64,000 nt of DNA, taken from positions 480,001-544,000 of the forward strand of contig CAVTLK010000005.1 of assembly GCA_963735595.1 (NCBI GenBank). The letters are read 5' to 3'. The notes beneath the pieces are model-generated. The model saw nothing but the letters and a program-made list of their open reading frames with translations, did not search any database and was not told the DNA's origin. The position numbers were made by a program, and so were the translations under genes. This document shows, one piece after another, positions 1-9,385 of the stretch. Origin of the DNA: an uncultured delta proteobacterium (GTDB taxonomy: Bacteria > Desulfobacterota > Zymogenia > Zymogenales > Zymogenaceae). Numbering within the stretch: the first letter of the stretch is position 1; each line of letters begins with the position of its first letter.

Positions 1-336
1 GAGCTTGAGGGCCTTCTGGATGGACCCCTTGGCGATGATCTTACGAGAGGCGATGGCCAGCGGGACGTTGAGCTGCTCCATCCAGAACAGGTGGCTCGTC
101 TGGCCGGACAGAATCATCTCCACGTCCGGGTCCTCGGGGGCCTTCGGGTCCCAGTAGAACCGGGGGGTGGCCCCCCGGGTGTCGACATACAGGTCGGCAT
201 CGGGATCGGTGAGGCGGAACTTTACCAGGATCCTGGACTGGCCGACGCTCTTGATTATCTGCGGATTGGAGAGGATCTTGTCCCAGAGGATGGTGAGGAT
301 ACGGACCATCTCCTCTCTGTCGGAAAATGGTTTCAT
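1..336 (-). CDS. SCP2 sterol/lipid-binding domain protein (3' end truncated by window edge)
   Basis: Not in the ORF track. Manual translation from ATG at 336: MKPFSDREEMVRILTILWDK...KFRLTDPDADLYVD...HLFWMEQLNVPLAIASRKIIAKGSIQKALKL, open to position 1; the FW..xLNVPLAIA..KI.AKG pattern is typical of SCP2. Confidence 0.7.
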   Translation of the reverse strand, partial: MKPFSDREEMVRILTILWDKILSNPQIIKSVGQSRILVKFRLTDPDADLYVDTRGATPRFYWDPKAPEDPDVEMILSGQTSHLFWMEQLNVPLAIASRKIIAKGSIQKALKL

Positions 337-486
337 CGGATAACTCCGAATGAACGTTGTTATGTCAGATAAAAATAACTAAAAGTGCATGAGATGTCAA
401 GGAATTTATCCAAACCGCGCGGGTGGTTTTTTGTTATCAAATTGCCCTGTTTATGGTATCATTTTCTTTCAATTCGGGAGCTCTCG

Positions 487-1506
487 GTGATCCTTGGAGG
501 CGATATCGGCGGCACGAAGACCAAGCTCGGGCTTTTCGAGCCAGCGGAGCAGGGCCTGGTCTGTACCAGGAAGAAGACCTACCGCTCGCGGGAGCACCCG
601 TCGATCTTTTCGATCCTTGAGGATTTCATCAATACCGGCGAAACGGTCCGATCGGTCTGCCTTGGGGTGGCGGGTCCGGTGGAGGGGGGAAGGGTCAGCG
701 CGACGAATCTCCCCTGGAAATTTAGCGCGGACCAGATCGCCTCGGCCGTCGGCGCCGGGGCCAGGGTTTTCCTGCTGAACGACCTGGTGGCCCTGTCCCT
801 CGGGGTCGTCGGCCTCTCCCCCCCGGATATCGTCCCCCTCAAGGGAGGGGCGGCCGATCCCAGCGGAGTCCGCGCCGTGATCGCGGCCGGGACGGGCCTG
901 GGGCAGGGGTACCTCGTCCCAACACCGGGCGGCAGCTCGTTCAGGGCGCTGCCCTCGGAGGGCGGCCATGCGGACTTTTCACCCCGGACCGAGACGGAGG
1001 CCGACCTCTGGCGGCACCTCAGGAGGCGGTTCGGCCGCGTCAGCACCGAGCGGGTCGTCTCGGGCGGCGGGATCGCCGCCGTTTATGAGTTCCTGCGGGA
1101 CGTCAAACGCCTCGATCCCGATCCCCAGATTGAACAGGCCCTGGCCGGCCCCGACCCGAACCCGGTCATCGCAGAGCGCGCCGCCGGCTGGGAGTGCCCC
1201 ATTGCCCGGATGACGTTTGACGTCTTCCTGTCGGCCTACGGGGCCGAGGCGGGCGACCTGGCGCTCACGCTGTTTGCCACGGGAGGGGTCTACGTGGGGG
1301 GCGGCATTGCCCGGAAGAACCTCTCACTTCTCAAGAGCGGGCCCTTTATCGACGCCTTCCTTGACAAGGGAAGGTTCAGGGGACTCATGGAGCGGATACC
1401 GGTCTGGGCGGTGGTCAACGAGGACGTCGAGATCATCGGCGCGGCGGGATTCGCCGAACAGGCGACACGGGAAAACAACTCACCTTCATATACCATCGCT
1501 ACGTGA
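487..1506 (+). CDS. glk: Glucokinase
   Basis: ILGGDIGGTKT, GVAGPV, LLND, GTGLG and SEGGH motifs; start reassigned to GTG 487 after a GGGAG RBS. Confidence 0.92.
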   Translation: MILGGDIGGTKTKLGLFEPAEQGLVCTRKKTYRSREHPSIFSILEDFINTGETVRSVCLGVAGPVEGGRVSATNLPWKFSADQIASAVGAGARVFLLNDLVALSLGVVGLSPPDIVPLKGGAADPSGVRAVIAAGTGLGQGYLVPTPGGSSFRALPSEGGHADFSPRTETEADLWRHLRRRFGRVSTERVVSGGGIAAVYEFLRDVKRLDPDPQIEQALAGPDPNPVIAERAAGWECPIARMTFDVFLSAYGAEAGDLALTLFATGGVYVGGGIARKNLSLLKSGPFIDAFLDKGRFRGLMERIPVWAVVNEDVEIIGAAGFAEQATRENNSPSYTIAT

Positions 1507-1518
1507 CAGGAGGGACAG

Positions 1519-2442
1519 ATGCCACTAACCTCAACCAGAGAGATGTTCGAGAAGGCCTACCGCGGGGGGTATGCCGTCGGGGCGTTCAACGTCAACAACA
1601 TGGAGATCATCCAGGGGATCGTGGAGGCCGCCGATGCCGAGCGCGCGCCGTTGATCCTGCAGGTCTCGGCGGGCGCCCGTAAATACGCCAACCCGGTCTA
1701 CCTGAGGAAGCTCGTGGAAGCGGCGGTAGAGACCACGACCATCCCGATCGCGCTTCACCTGGATCACGGGGAGACCTTCGACATCGCCAAGTCGTGCATT
1801 GACGGCGGGTTCACGTCGGTCATGATAGACGGCTCCAAACACCCCTTCGAGGAAAACGTCCGGCTCACCACGGAAGTGGTGGTCTACGCACATGCCCGGG
1901 GGGTGCCGGTGGAGGCGGAGCTGGGCAAGCTCGCGGGCATAGAGGACGCGATCAAGAGCAAGGAGTCGGTCTTTACCGACCCCGACGAGGCGGTAGAGTT
2001 CGTGAAGCGTACCGGGTGCGACTCGCTGGCCGTCTCGGTGGGCACCTCCCACGGGGCGTACAAGTTCAAGGGCGAGCCGACGCTGGACATGGAGCGGTTG
2101 GCGACGATCACCAAGAAGCTGCCCGGCTACCCGCTGGTGCTCCACGGCTCTTCGTCGGTCCTGCCCCAGTTTGTTGAGGAGGCCAATAAGTACGGAGGAA
2201 ACCTCCCCGGGGCCAAGGGTGTGCCAGAGGACCTGATCCGCAAGGCCGCGGCGATGGGGGTATGCAAGGTCAATATCGATACGGACCTGAGACTGGCGAT
2301 GACGTCCACGATCAGGAGGGTCATGGCCGAGAGCCCGGCCGAGTTTGACCCCCGCAAATACCTGGGTCCCGCCCGGGACGCGATCAGGGAGGTCGTCCGG
2401 CATAAATTGGTTAATGTGCTGGGGTGCGCGGGAAAAGCGTAA
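1519..2442 (+). CDS. fba: Class II fructose-1,6-bisphosphate aldolase
   Basis: HLDHG, SVMIDGS, VEAELG, GTSHGAYK, LVLHG, KVNIDTD and FDPRKYL motifs. Confidence 0.95.
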   Translation: MPLTSTREMFEKAYRGGYAVGAFNVNNMEIIQGIVEAADAERAPLILQVSAGARKYANPVYLRKLVEAAVETTTIPIALHLDHGETFDIAKSCIDGGFTSVMIDGSKHPFEENVRLTTEVVVYAHARGVPVEAELGKLAGIEDAIKSKESVFTDPDEAVEFVKRTGCDSLAVSVGTSHGAYKFKGEPTLDMERLATITKKLPGYPLVLHGSSSVLPQFVEEANKYGGNLPGAKGVPEDLIRKAAAMGVCKVNIDTDLRLAMTSTIRRVMAESPAEFDPRKYLGPARDAIREVVRHKLVNVLGCAGKA

Positions 2443-2448
2443 AATATC

Positions 2449-2481
2449 TTCGGGGGAACCTTCAATACAGGTTCCCCCGAA
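2449..2481. terminator. 13-bp perfect hairpin between convergent genes
   Basis: TTCGGGGGAACCT-N7-AGGTTCCCCCGAA. Confidence 0.65.
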
Positions 2482-2502
2482 CAACACTTCATGGGACGTT
2501 CC

Positions 2503-3309
2503 TTATCTCCCCTTAAAGCGAGCCGGACGTTTCTCGATAAACGCGGAAATCCCCTCCCGCGTATCCTCGGACGAAGCGAGCCACATAATGCTGCCCCGCT
2601 CGATGGCGAGGGCCGCCTCAACGCTGTCGCACGTGATCGAATTGACGATCACGTTCTTTGCCGCCCGGAGCGTTAGGGGTGGCTTTGCCATCATGGCGGC
2701 GACTGTTTTTTCCACTTCTTCGAAAAGGGCTCCTTGTGTCGGGAGGACCTTATTAACCAACCCCCATTGATGAGCTTCTTGTGCCGTGAGTACCTCCCCG
2801 GTATATATCATCTCCTTTGCCTTTCTGACCGCAATCGCCCGGGGAAGACGGACGGTGCCGCCCCAACCGGGAAGGAGCCCGATATTGATCTCGGGAAAAC
2901 CGAAGGTCGCATCTTCAACACAATAAATGAAGTCGCAAAAGAGAGCCAGTTCGAGCCCGCCCGCGTAACAGATGCCGTTTACCGCAGCGATCAGGGGTTT
3001 TTCCATATGCGTCATGTAATATTGCAGGATATTTCCTTTCTGATACATAAGGTCGTACGCGCTCACGTGATCCAGGGTCTGAAACAGCCTGATATCCCCT
3101 CCGGCCGAGAATACCTTTTCGCCGACTCCTGTTAAAACGACGCATCGAATCGTGTTATCGCGGGCCGTCTCGCCCATCACCTCGACAAGCTCGTTTTGCA
3201 TCGTCTCGGTGATGGCGTTCATCATCTTTTCGTTGTTCAGCGTCAGATAGAGCACTTCCCCGTCCTTCCCTTTCCGTTCATAGATGAGCCTCTTATACTT
3301 ACCGGCCAT
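2503..3309 (-). CDS. Enoyl-CoA hydratase/isomerase (crotonase family)
   Basis: FSAGGDI, AAVNG..AGGLELAL.CD, FPEINIGLLPGWGGT, EGISAFIEKR; start taken at MAGKYK. Confidence 0.92.
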   Translation of the reverse strand: MAGKYKRLIYERKGKDGEVLYLTLNNEKMMNAITETMQNELVEVMGETARDNTIRCVVLTGVGEKVFSAGGDIRLFQTLDHVSAYDLMYQKGNILQYYMTHMEKPLIAAVNGICYAGGLELALFCDFIYCVEDATFGFPEINIGLLPGWGGTVRLPRAIAVRKAKEMIYTGEVLTAQEAHQWGLVNKVLPTQGALFEEVEKTVAAMMAKPPLTLRAAKNVIVNSITCDSVEAALAIERGSIMWLASSEDTREGISAFIEKRPARFKGR

Positions 3310-3582
3310 TCTATTTTCCCTCCATATGGTATACTCCCGGGCTATATATAACACATTTCGATAACCTTTGCGTTATTGTATTCAGGTTTGAGGATCAGGG
3401 ATCGCGGATCAGTCCTTCACGGATTACTGACGGAGCCATCAATTTCCCTGATGGGAATCAGAGTCAATCCTGTAATTGGGGAAGGGAAAGAATCGACGGG
3501 AAAGGTTCGGTCGGAGGCCAGGTTAACACTCTGCTACAATAAGGTAGTCTCTCAAATGGTTTGTGTCTCGATTCGAGCCTTG

Positions 3583-3618
3583 AAAATAGAACGGGCGCGA
3601 CACATCATATCGCGCCCG
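3583..3618 (-). terminator. Intrinsic terminator downstream of TPR lipoprotein gene
   Basis: CGGGCGCGA-N9-TCGCGCCCG stem followed by TTCTATTTT on the minus strand. Confidence 0.5.
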
Positions 3619-3689
3619 CATAAACGTAATCTCACCCTTCCTTCGCCCCCCAATCGGGGCCCCAAAAAATACTTACATTTCCGGTATGA

Positions 3690-4507
3690 CTACTGCAGCT
3701 TGATCTCTCCCTTGCCCCACCGCGGGCCGGTCTGCTTTTCCTCAACGCATATACCGGTGACCAGCGAATCTGCCTTTTCCCGGTCACGCCGGGACATGTC
3801 GATATCCCCCTTCATCAGAAACGCCCTGGCCCTGCCGCAGTATGCCTGCGCGAGGTAGCCGGTCTGCAGCTCGGAATAGCGGGCGATGGCGCTCGAGTAG
3901 TCCGATAATGCGCTGTCGTAGTAACCGAGGGCCATATCGACCTCGGCGCGGTTGAAGTAGGCCGGGGCAAACGTGTCGTCGCTGATGATCGCTTCGTTGT
4001 ACCACGAGAGGGCCTTCTCCTGATCGCCGCGCTCCTTGGCGATGTTGCCCAGGAGGTTCTGTGCCCGGGCGAAGGACGGGTTGATGGTCAACGCCTGCGT
4101 AAGATCGCGCACGGCGGTCGCCATATTGCCGGTCCTGTAGTTCAGAAGGCCGCTCAAGAAATAGGCATCCGCCGAATCGGGGAATTCTGCGATGAACCCG
4201 TCGATCTCGGCCCGGGCAAGGTCGTACTTCTCGAGGCCCACGTACAACTCCGTCCGCACCAGGCGCATCTTCAACCGCGTCGGCCCGTCGACCCCGGTAA
4301 ACGCCATCGCCTGGTTGATATAGTCAAGCGATACGTCCAGATTTCCGGCGTTGAATGCGATGAGACCCAGGGAATAAAGATCGGCCGCCTTCTCGGCGTC
4401 CGGCCCGGCAGGCGTGCCGGTCGTCCCCGGTCCCGCAGGAGGCAGGGGGGGCAGCCCGCGGATACGATCGCCGCGAGAAGGGCACAGAGCAGGACAAGCT
4501 TTTTCAC
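3690..4507 (-). CDS. TPR-repeat lipoprotein, frameshifted in G7 run 4445-4451
   Basis: Signal/lipobox (VSAG-C) in ORF 4271..4507; TPR repeats in ORF 3690..4307. Adding one C joins them: CPPLPPAGPGTTGTPAGPDAEKAADLYSLG...AMAFTG. Confidence 0.75.
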
Positions 4508-4634
4508 GTCAGTAACTCCCGAATATTTATAATACCCAATACGGCCGGGCGCCTATCCCGGCCGTTCAAACAGTACTCATCGTATCACGATTCGGAGGGT
4601 TTGAAAAGGGATAATCAGGCCGCTCTCGTTTCCC

Positions 4635-4663
4635 TTGACCGGGAGGGCGGGCGCCCCTATAAT
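4635..4663 (+). promoter_or_regulatory. sigma70-type promoter
   Basis: TTGACC-17 bp-TATAAT, about 30 bp upstream of ATG 4695. Confidence 0.6.
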
Positions 4664-4694
4664 GGAGGGACTTCCTATACGCACGGGGGATACC

Positions 4695-5058
4695 ATGGGA
4701 AAAACGATGGAGCTCTACGAAGCACACCTGAAGAAGGATTTCACCGCCGTCGGCGGCCTCTCGAAGGACGAGCTGTCGTTCCTGCTGGCGGTCCATGAAA
4801 AAAAGGTGGACTATTTCAAGGAAGAGCGAAAGATGCACTTCCTCGCGTTCATGCTGGTTACGCTCCTGTTCTTCATCATCCTTCCCCGGACATTCGAGGA
4901 TCAGTTCCGGCTGGCCTTCGTGCTCCTGGAGGCCCTCCTCTTCGTACTGATGGTTCCGTATATCTTTTATTACGCCTGGTACGAGAACCGGCTGCAGGAA
5001 GCTCGAGGCGCTCTACTTCGTGATCTTCGAGGCGGCGGCAAAGGCGGGGAATAAATGA
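4695..5058 (+). CDS. Small 2-TM membrane protein, probable frameshift near 4994
   Basis: Two hydrophobic segments. Deleting one base in CTGCAGGAAG gives a helical C-terminus ENRLRKLEALYFVIFEAAAKAGNK*; as sequenced the stop is at 5054. Confidence 0.6.
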
Positions 5059-5225
5059 TTTACAGGCGGCCGAAAAGCTGATACGATAAAGTCACCTCGC
5101 AAAAGTTTCCTTTTTCGAGGGGGCCGACGGGGAAGAAGGGAGAAGCCCGATCTTTATGCGACACGGCCGCGGTTGATATTGGCGGTATCGGCCGTTGTCT
5201 CCACTATCTCATTGAGGAGTGTCTG

Positions 5226-6038
5226 ATGATCAGGGTGGTTGTATCAGGGGCGGCAGGCAGGATGGGCAGGCAGGTAATCGCCGCGATCGCCGAGGATGAC
5301 GAGATAGCCGTCTCCGGCGCGCTGGAGGCGCCCGGCCACCCGGCCCTGGGGGGCGACGCCGGGGCTCTCGCGGGATTACCCGAAAACAAGATTATCATCA
5401 CGGACGATATCGCCGCGGCCTTCGACGACGCCGATATGGTCATAGATTTTTCCGGGCCCCGGTCGTCCCTGGCGGCGATCGCGGAGGCGGCAAAACGGAC
5501 AATGCCGGCGGTCTCCGGGACCACGGGGCTTTCCGAGGAAGACGTCGCGAAGGTCAACGCGTTTGCCAAGAAGATACCCATCGTCATGACGCCGAACATG
5601 AGCGTCGGGGTCAACCTCCTGTTTGCCCTTTCCGATGAGGTGGCGCGGGTGCTGGGCGATGAGTTTGACGTCGAGATCATCGAGGCCCACCACAACCAGA
5701 AGGTCGACGCGCCCAGCGGGACGGCGCGGCGGCTGTTCGAGATCATATCCCGCGCCCTCCGGCGTGACCCCCTGCAGGTCGGTGTCTACGGCAGGCAGGG
5801 GATGGTGGGCAAACGCCCGCCGGGCGAGATCGGCATCCACGCGGTGAGGGCGGGGGACATCGTCGGCGAGCACACGGTCCTCTTTGTCTCGGAGGGAGAG
5901 CGGGTCGAGCTTGTACACCGGCTGACCAGCCGCATGAGCCTTGCCCGCGGGGCCGTCCGGGCGGCGCGCTGGGTGGTCGGGAAGGCGCCGGGCCTGTACG
6001 ACATGCAGGATGTTTTGGCGTTGCGGAGGAAGCGGTAA
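5226..6038 (+). CDS. dapB: 4-hydroxy-tetrahydrodipicolinate reductase
   Basis: GAAGRMG, IDFS, GTTG, EAHHNQKVDAPSGTA, RAGDIVGEH. Confidence 0.96.
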   Translation: MIRVVVSGAAGRMGRQVIAAIAEDDEIAVSGALEAPGHPALGGDAGALAGLPENKIIITDDIAAAFDDADMVIDFSGPRSSLAAIAEAAKRTMPAVSGTTGLSEEDVAKVNAFAKKIPIVMTPNMSVGVNLLFALSDEVARVLGDEFDVEIIEAHHNQKVDAPSGTARRLFEIISRALRRDPLQVGVYGRQGMVGKRPPGEIGIHAVRAGDIVGEHTVLFVSEGERVELVHRLTSRMSLARGAVRAARWVVGKAPGLYDMQDVLALRRKR

Positions 6039-6081
6039 CCGGCTCCGGGGGTGCGGCGGGCCGTGAAAGGCTGAGTGGTTC

Positions 6082-6843
6082 ATGAAGATAGCACGATTTG
6101 AGCGCGACGGCGCGGTCAGGTACGGGATCGTCGAGGGACAATCGCTGGTCGAACTGTCGGATTCCAATCCCGCCGACCCCAAAAAGGGGCATAACGTCTT
6201 TTCGATAGACACGGTGCGGCTGCTTTCACCCACGGCCCCCCTCAAGGTGGTGGCGGTAGGGCTCAACTACCTGGACCACGCCAAAGAGATGGGGATGACG
6301 CCCCCGGAAGACCCGATCCTCTTCATCAAGCCCTCCACCTCGGTCATCGGGCCGGGCGACGATATCGTGATGCCCGAAAGCAGCACGCGGGTCGATTACG
6401 AGGGGGAGCTTGCCATCATCATGGGAAAGCGCGCCAAAGACGTCTCGGTTGCCGAAGCCAAAGGCTATATATTCGGCTACACCTGCCTCAACGACGTGAC
6501 CGCCCGTGACCTTCAGGCAAAAGATGTCCAGTTTACCCGCGCCAAATCGTTTGACACCTTCTGCCCCATCGGGCCCTGGGTGGAGACGGAGCTTGACCCC
6601 TACGCCCTGCCGATCGAGACGCGCCTCAACGGCACAACCGTCCAGAGCTCCAACACGGCCCAGATGAAGTGGGGGGCCTATGAGCTGGTGTCGTTCATAT
6701 CCTCGGTGATGACGCTGCTTCCCGGCGACGTCGTCGCGACGGGCACCCCCCCCGGCATCGGCCCGATGGCGCCGGGCGACCGGGTGGAGGTGATCATTAC
6801 GGGTATCGGGACCCTCGCCAACCAGACCAGACGTTTACCATAA
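6082..6843 (+). CDS. Fumarylacetoacetate hydrolase family protein
   Basis: GLNYLDH, DYEGELA, NDVTARD, AKSFDTFCPIGP, PGDVVATGTP. Confidence 0.92.
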   Translation: MKIARFERDGAVRYGIVEGQSLVELSDSNPADPKKGHNVFSIDTVRLLSPTAPLKVVAVGLNYLDHAKEMGMTPPEDPILFIKPSTSVIGPGDDIVMPESSTRVDYEGELAIIMGKRAKDVSVAEAKGYIFGYTCLNDVTARDLQAKDVQFTRAKSFDTFCPIGPWVETELDPYALPIETRLNGTTVQSSNTAQMKWGAYELVSFISSVMTLLPGDVVATGTPPGIGPMAPGDRVEVIITGIGTLANQTRRLP

Positions 6844-6879
6844 CCATCCACATCGGACCGAACAGGAGCATTACGCGGC

Positions 6880-8046
6880 ATGAAGATTACCTATGCGGAC
6901 AGAATTTTGAATCTCCCCCCCTATCTCTTCGAGCGGATAGACCGGATCAAGAACGAAATGGCGGCCAAAGGCGCCGATATCATCGACCTGGGGGTGGGCG
7001 ACCCGGATATCCCCACGCCCGCGCCCGTCGTGGAGGTGCTCTCCCGGGAGGCGGCTAAGCCCGAGAACCACCGCTACCCCTTCACCGCGGGGCTTTCGGC
7101 CTTTCGGACGGCGGTGGCCGGCTGGTACTCCCGGCGCTTCGGGGTAACGCTCGACCCAAACGGGGAGGTCATCTCGGTCATTGGGTCAAAGGAGGGGCTC
7201 TCCCACATTCCGCTTGCCTTCGTCAATCCCGGAGACGTGGTGCTGGTCCCGGAGCCGGGCTACCCGGTCTACGCCATTACGTCGGCCTTCGTGGGCGCCG
7301 AAGTCCACTACATGCCGCTGGTCGCCGCCAATAATTTCCTGCCCGACCTTTCGGCGATCCCGAAGTCGGTTGCGGACAGGGCGGCGCTGATGTTTCTCAA
7401 CTACCCGAACAACCCCACGTCCGCCACGGCCACCCCGGACTATTTCAGAGACGTCGTTGCCTTTGCCGATAAACACAACATCGTCGTCTGTCACGACGCC
7501 GCCTACTCCGAGGTCTACTACGGCAGCAAGGAGCCCGCGAGCTTCCTTGCGATCGACGGCGCCCGGGAGGTGGGGATGGAGATCCACAGCCTCTCCAAGA
7601 CCTTCAACATGACCGGCTGGCGTATCGGCTTTGCCGTGGGAAACCGGCAGATCGTCGGGGGACTGGCGAAGGTCAAGTCCAACATGGACTCCGGGGTGTT
7701 CCAGGCGATACAGCTTGCCGCGGGCTGGGCGCTTGACCACGCGGAAGAATTGACGCCCCCGATCCGGGCGGTCTACGAGCGGCGGCGGGGGGTGCTGGCC
7801 GAGGCTTTGAGCGCCGCGGGCCTGGAATACCGGATGCCGGAGGCGAGCTTCTACTTCTGGGTCAAGACGCCGAAGGGCCAGACCTCCGAGGCGTTTGCCG
7901 CGATGCTCATCCAGAGGGCCCACATCGTGGCCACGCCGGGGTCTGGCTTCGGCCCGAGCGGCGAGGGCTACGTCCGGTTTACCCTGTGCGCCCCGGAAGA
8001 GCGCCTCACCGAGGCGGGGGAACGGATCGTAGAGGCGATGAAGTAA
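6880..8046 (+). CDS. dapL: LL-diaminopimelate aminotransferase (class I/II PLP enzyme)
   Basis: LPPYLF, GVGDPD, GSKEG, NYPNNPT, HDAAY, HSLSKTFNMTGWRIG; operonic with dapB. Confidence 0.8.
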   Translation: MKITYADRILNLPPYLFERIDRIKNEMAAKGADIIDLGVGDPDIPTPAPVVEVLSREAAKPENHRYPFTAGLSAFRTAVAGWYSRRFGVTLDPNGEVISVIGSKEGLSHIPLAFVNPGDVVLVPEPGYPVYAITSAFVGAEVHYMPLVAANNFLPDLSAIPKSVADRAALMFLNYPNNPTSATATPDYFRDVVAFADKHNIVVCHDAAYSEVYYGSKEPASFLAIDGAREVGMEIHSLSKTFNMTGWRIGFAVGNRQIVGGLAKVKSNMDSGVFQAIQLAAGWALDHAEELTPPIRAVYERRRGVLAEALSAAGLEYRMPEASFYFWVKTPKGQTSEAFAAMLIQRAHIVATPGSGFGPSGEGYVRFTLCAPEERLTEAGERIVEAMK

Positions 8047-8074
8047 AAAGCACCGCGTTAAGACGGGCGGCTGG

Positions 8075-8132
8075 TTGCCACGCCCCCTTCGGGGGCTCGC
8101 AATGACAATGATAATCGTCGCCGAAGGCGACA
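8075..8132. repeat. CTCGCAATGAC-family REP-like palindromic element (single arm)
   Basis: TTGCCACGCCCCCTTCGGGGGCTCGCAATGAC plus GTCGCCGAAGGCGAC hairpin; near-identical units at 9200-9299 and 32414-32446. Confidence 0.75.
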
Positions 8133-8196
8133 TTCTTACGAATAGCCGTCCCTACAGATACTAATACGATCAATTAAAATACCAGCGGAGGATACT

Positions 8197-8976
8197 ATGG
8201 CCAGGAAATTCATCGACCTGTCTATCGCCATCGAGGACGGGCTTCCGTCGGACCCCCCTTTGATGATCCCCAAGATACAGTACGTCGACCACAAGCAGGG
8301 GGCGGGCACGATGGTCCCCTTTTTCCCCGGCATCGACCCCGACAAGGACCTGCCGGGCGGCCTCGGCTGGGCGGTGGAGCTGCTTTCAGTAAGCACGCAC
8401 GCCGGCACCCACATCGACGCGCCGTGGCACTACCACCCCACGCAGGACAAGGGTAAGCCCGCGTTGACGGTCGACGAGATGCCGCTGGAATGGTGCATCG
8501 CCGACGGGGTCGTGCTGGATTTCCGTAAATACCCGGATGGCTACAAGGTGACGCCCAAAGATGTGGACGACGAGCTGAAGCGGATCGGCTACACAATCAA
8601 GCCGAACGACGCCGTGCTCATCATGACCGGGGCCGACCGCAACTGGGGCAAGCTCGAATACCTCCTGACGGGCTGCGGGATGGGCAAGGAATCGACGCTG
8701 CACATCCTGGACATGGGGGTCAACGTCGTCGGGACCGACGCCTGGAGCTGGGACCGGCCGCTGCCGTTCATAGCACAGGACTACGCCAAGACCAAGGACG
8801 CGTCGCTCATCTGGGAGGCGCATTTTGCCGGCATCGAGAAGGGGTATTTCCAGATCGAGAAGCTAACCAACCTCGATAAGCTGCCGCCCTTCGGGTTTAC
8901 CTTCTATTGCTTTCCCGTCAAGATCAAGGCGGCCTCGGCCGGCTGGATTCGGGCGGTGGCCCAGGTGGATAAGTAA
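8197..8976 (+). CDS. Cyclase family metal hydrolase (kynurenine formamidase-like)
   Basis: HAGTHIDAPWH motif, VGTD, QIEKLTNL. Confidence 0.9.
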   Translation: MARKFIDLSIAIEDGLPSDPPLMIPKIQYVDHKQGAGTMVPFFPGIDPDKDLPGGLGWAVELLSVSTHAGTHIDAPWHYHPTQDKGKPALTVDEMPLEWCIADGVVLDFRKYPDGYKVTPKDVDDELKRIGYTIKPNDAVLIMTGADRNWGKLEYLLTGCGMGKESTLHILDMGVNVVGTDAWSWDRPLPFIAQDYAKTKDASLIWEAHFAGIEKGYFQIEKLTNLDKLPPFGFTFYCFPVKIKAASAGWIRAVAQVDK

Positions 8977-9035
8977 CGACGGTAGGTTTTCACGGAATCG
9001 AGACGGCTACGGCGGCGGGAGACGTCATTACCGCC

Positions 9036-9299
9036 GTCATTGCGAGGAGGCTTTAGCCGACGCGGCAATCTCTCCGCCGCCGGAGGCCTTACGGCGATAC
9101 AAAAAACACAACCGCACGAGAACCCGACGCGATGCTGAGATTGCTTCGGTCGTTTCACTCCCCTCGCAATGACGAGGGGTGTTGTACGGTGACAGTCGGT
9201 TGCTTCGTCGCTGACGCTCCTCGCAATGACGATAGTAATCGTCGCCGGAGGCGACAGGGTTAAGCATTGCCGCGCCCCCTGTCGGGGGCTCGCAATGAC
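9036..9299. repeat. Cluster of four GTCATTGCGAG/CTCGCAATGAC REP-like arms
   Basis: GTCATTGCGAG at 9036; CTCGCAATGAC ending at 9173, 9230 and 9299; each arm has an internal hairpin. Confidence 0.8.
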
Positions 9300-9324
9300 G
9301 GTGAAACGGGCGGCAATAGCGCTA

Positions 9325-9360
9325 AAAAGCGCTCCTTCGAAAGAAGGGGCGCTTCTTTTT
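9325..9360. terminator. Bidirectional intrinsic terminator
   Basis: AAAAGCGCTCCTTC-GAAA-GAAGGGGCGCTTCTTTTT between convergent genes. Confidence 0.7.
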
Positions 9361-9385
9361 AAGAGATCTGGCGGACGTCCGTGAG

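Noticed and set aside
91..372. 93-aa plus-strand ORF
   Set aside because: Antisense to the better-supported SCP2-like gene at 1..336
1531..2487. Long antisense ORFs (e.g. 1531..2487, 16475..17866, 40188..41390, 50667..51998, 52577..54034)
   Set aside because: Shadow frames opposite well-supported genes, expected in high-GC DNA; no motifs
3376..3858. 160-aa plus-strand ORF
   Set aside because: No RBS or motifs, atypical composition, and overlaps the TPR gene antisense
5060..5225. Lysine riboswitch upstream of dapB
   Set aside because: No recognisable conserved core found by eye
9036..9299. Possible CRISPR array
   Set aside because: Repeats are degenerate, in mixed orientation and irregularly spaced, with no cas genes; fits REP-like elements
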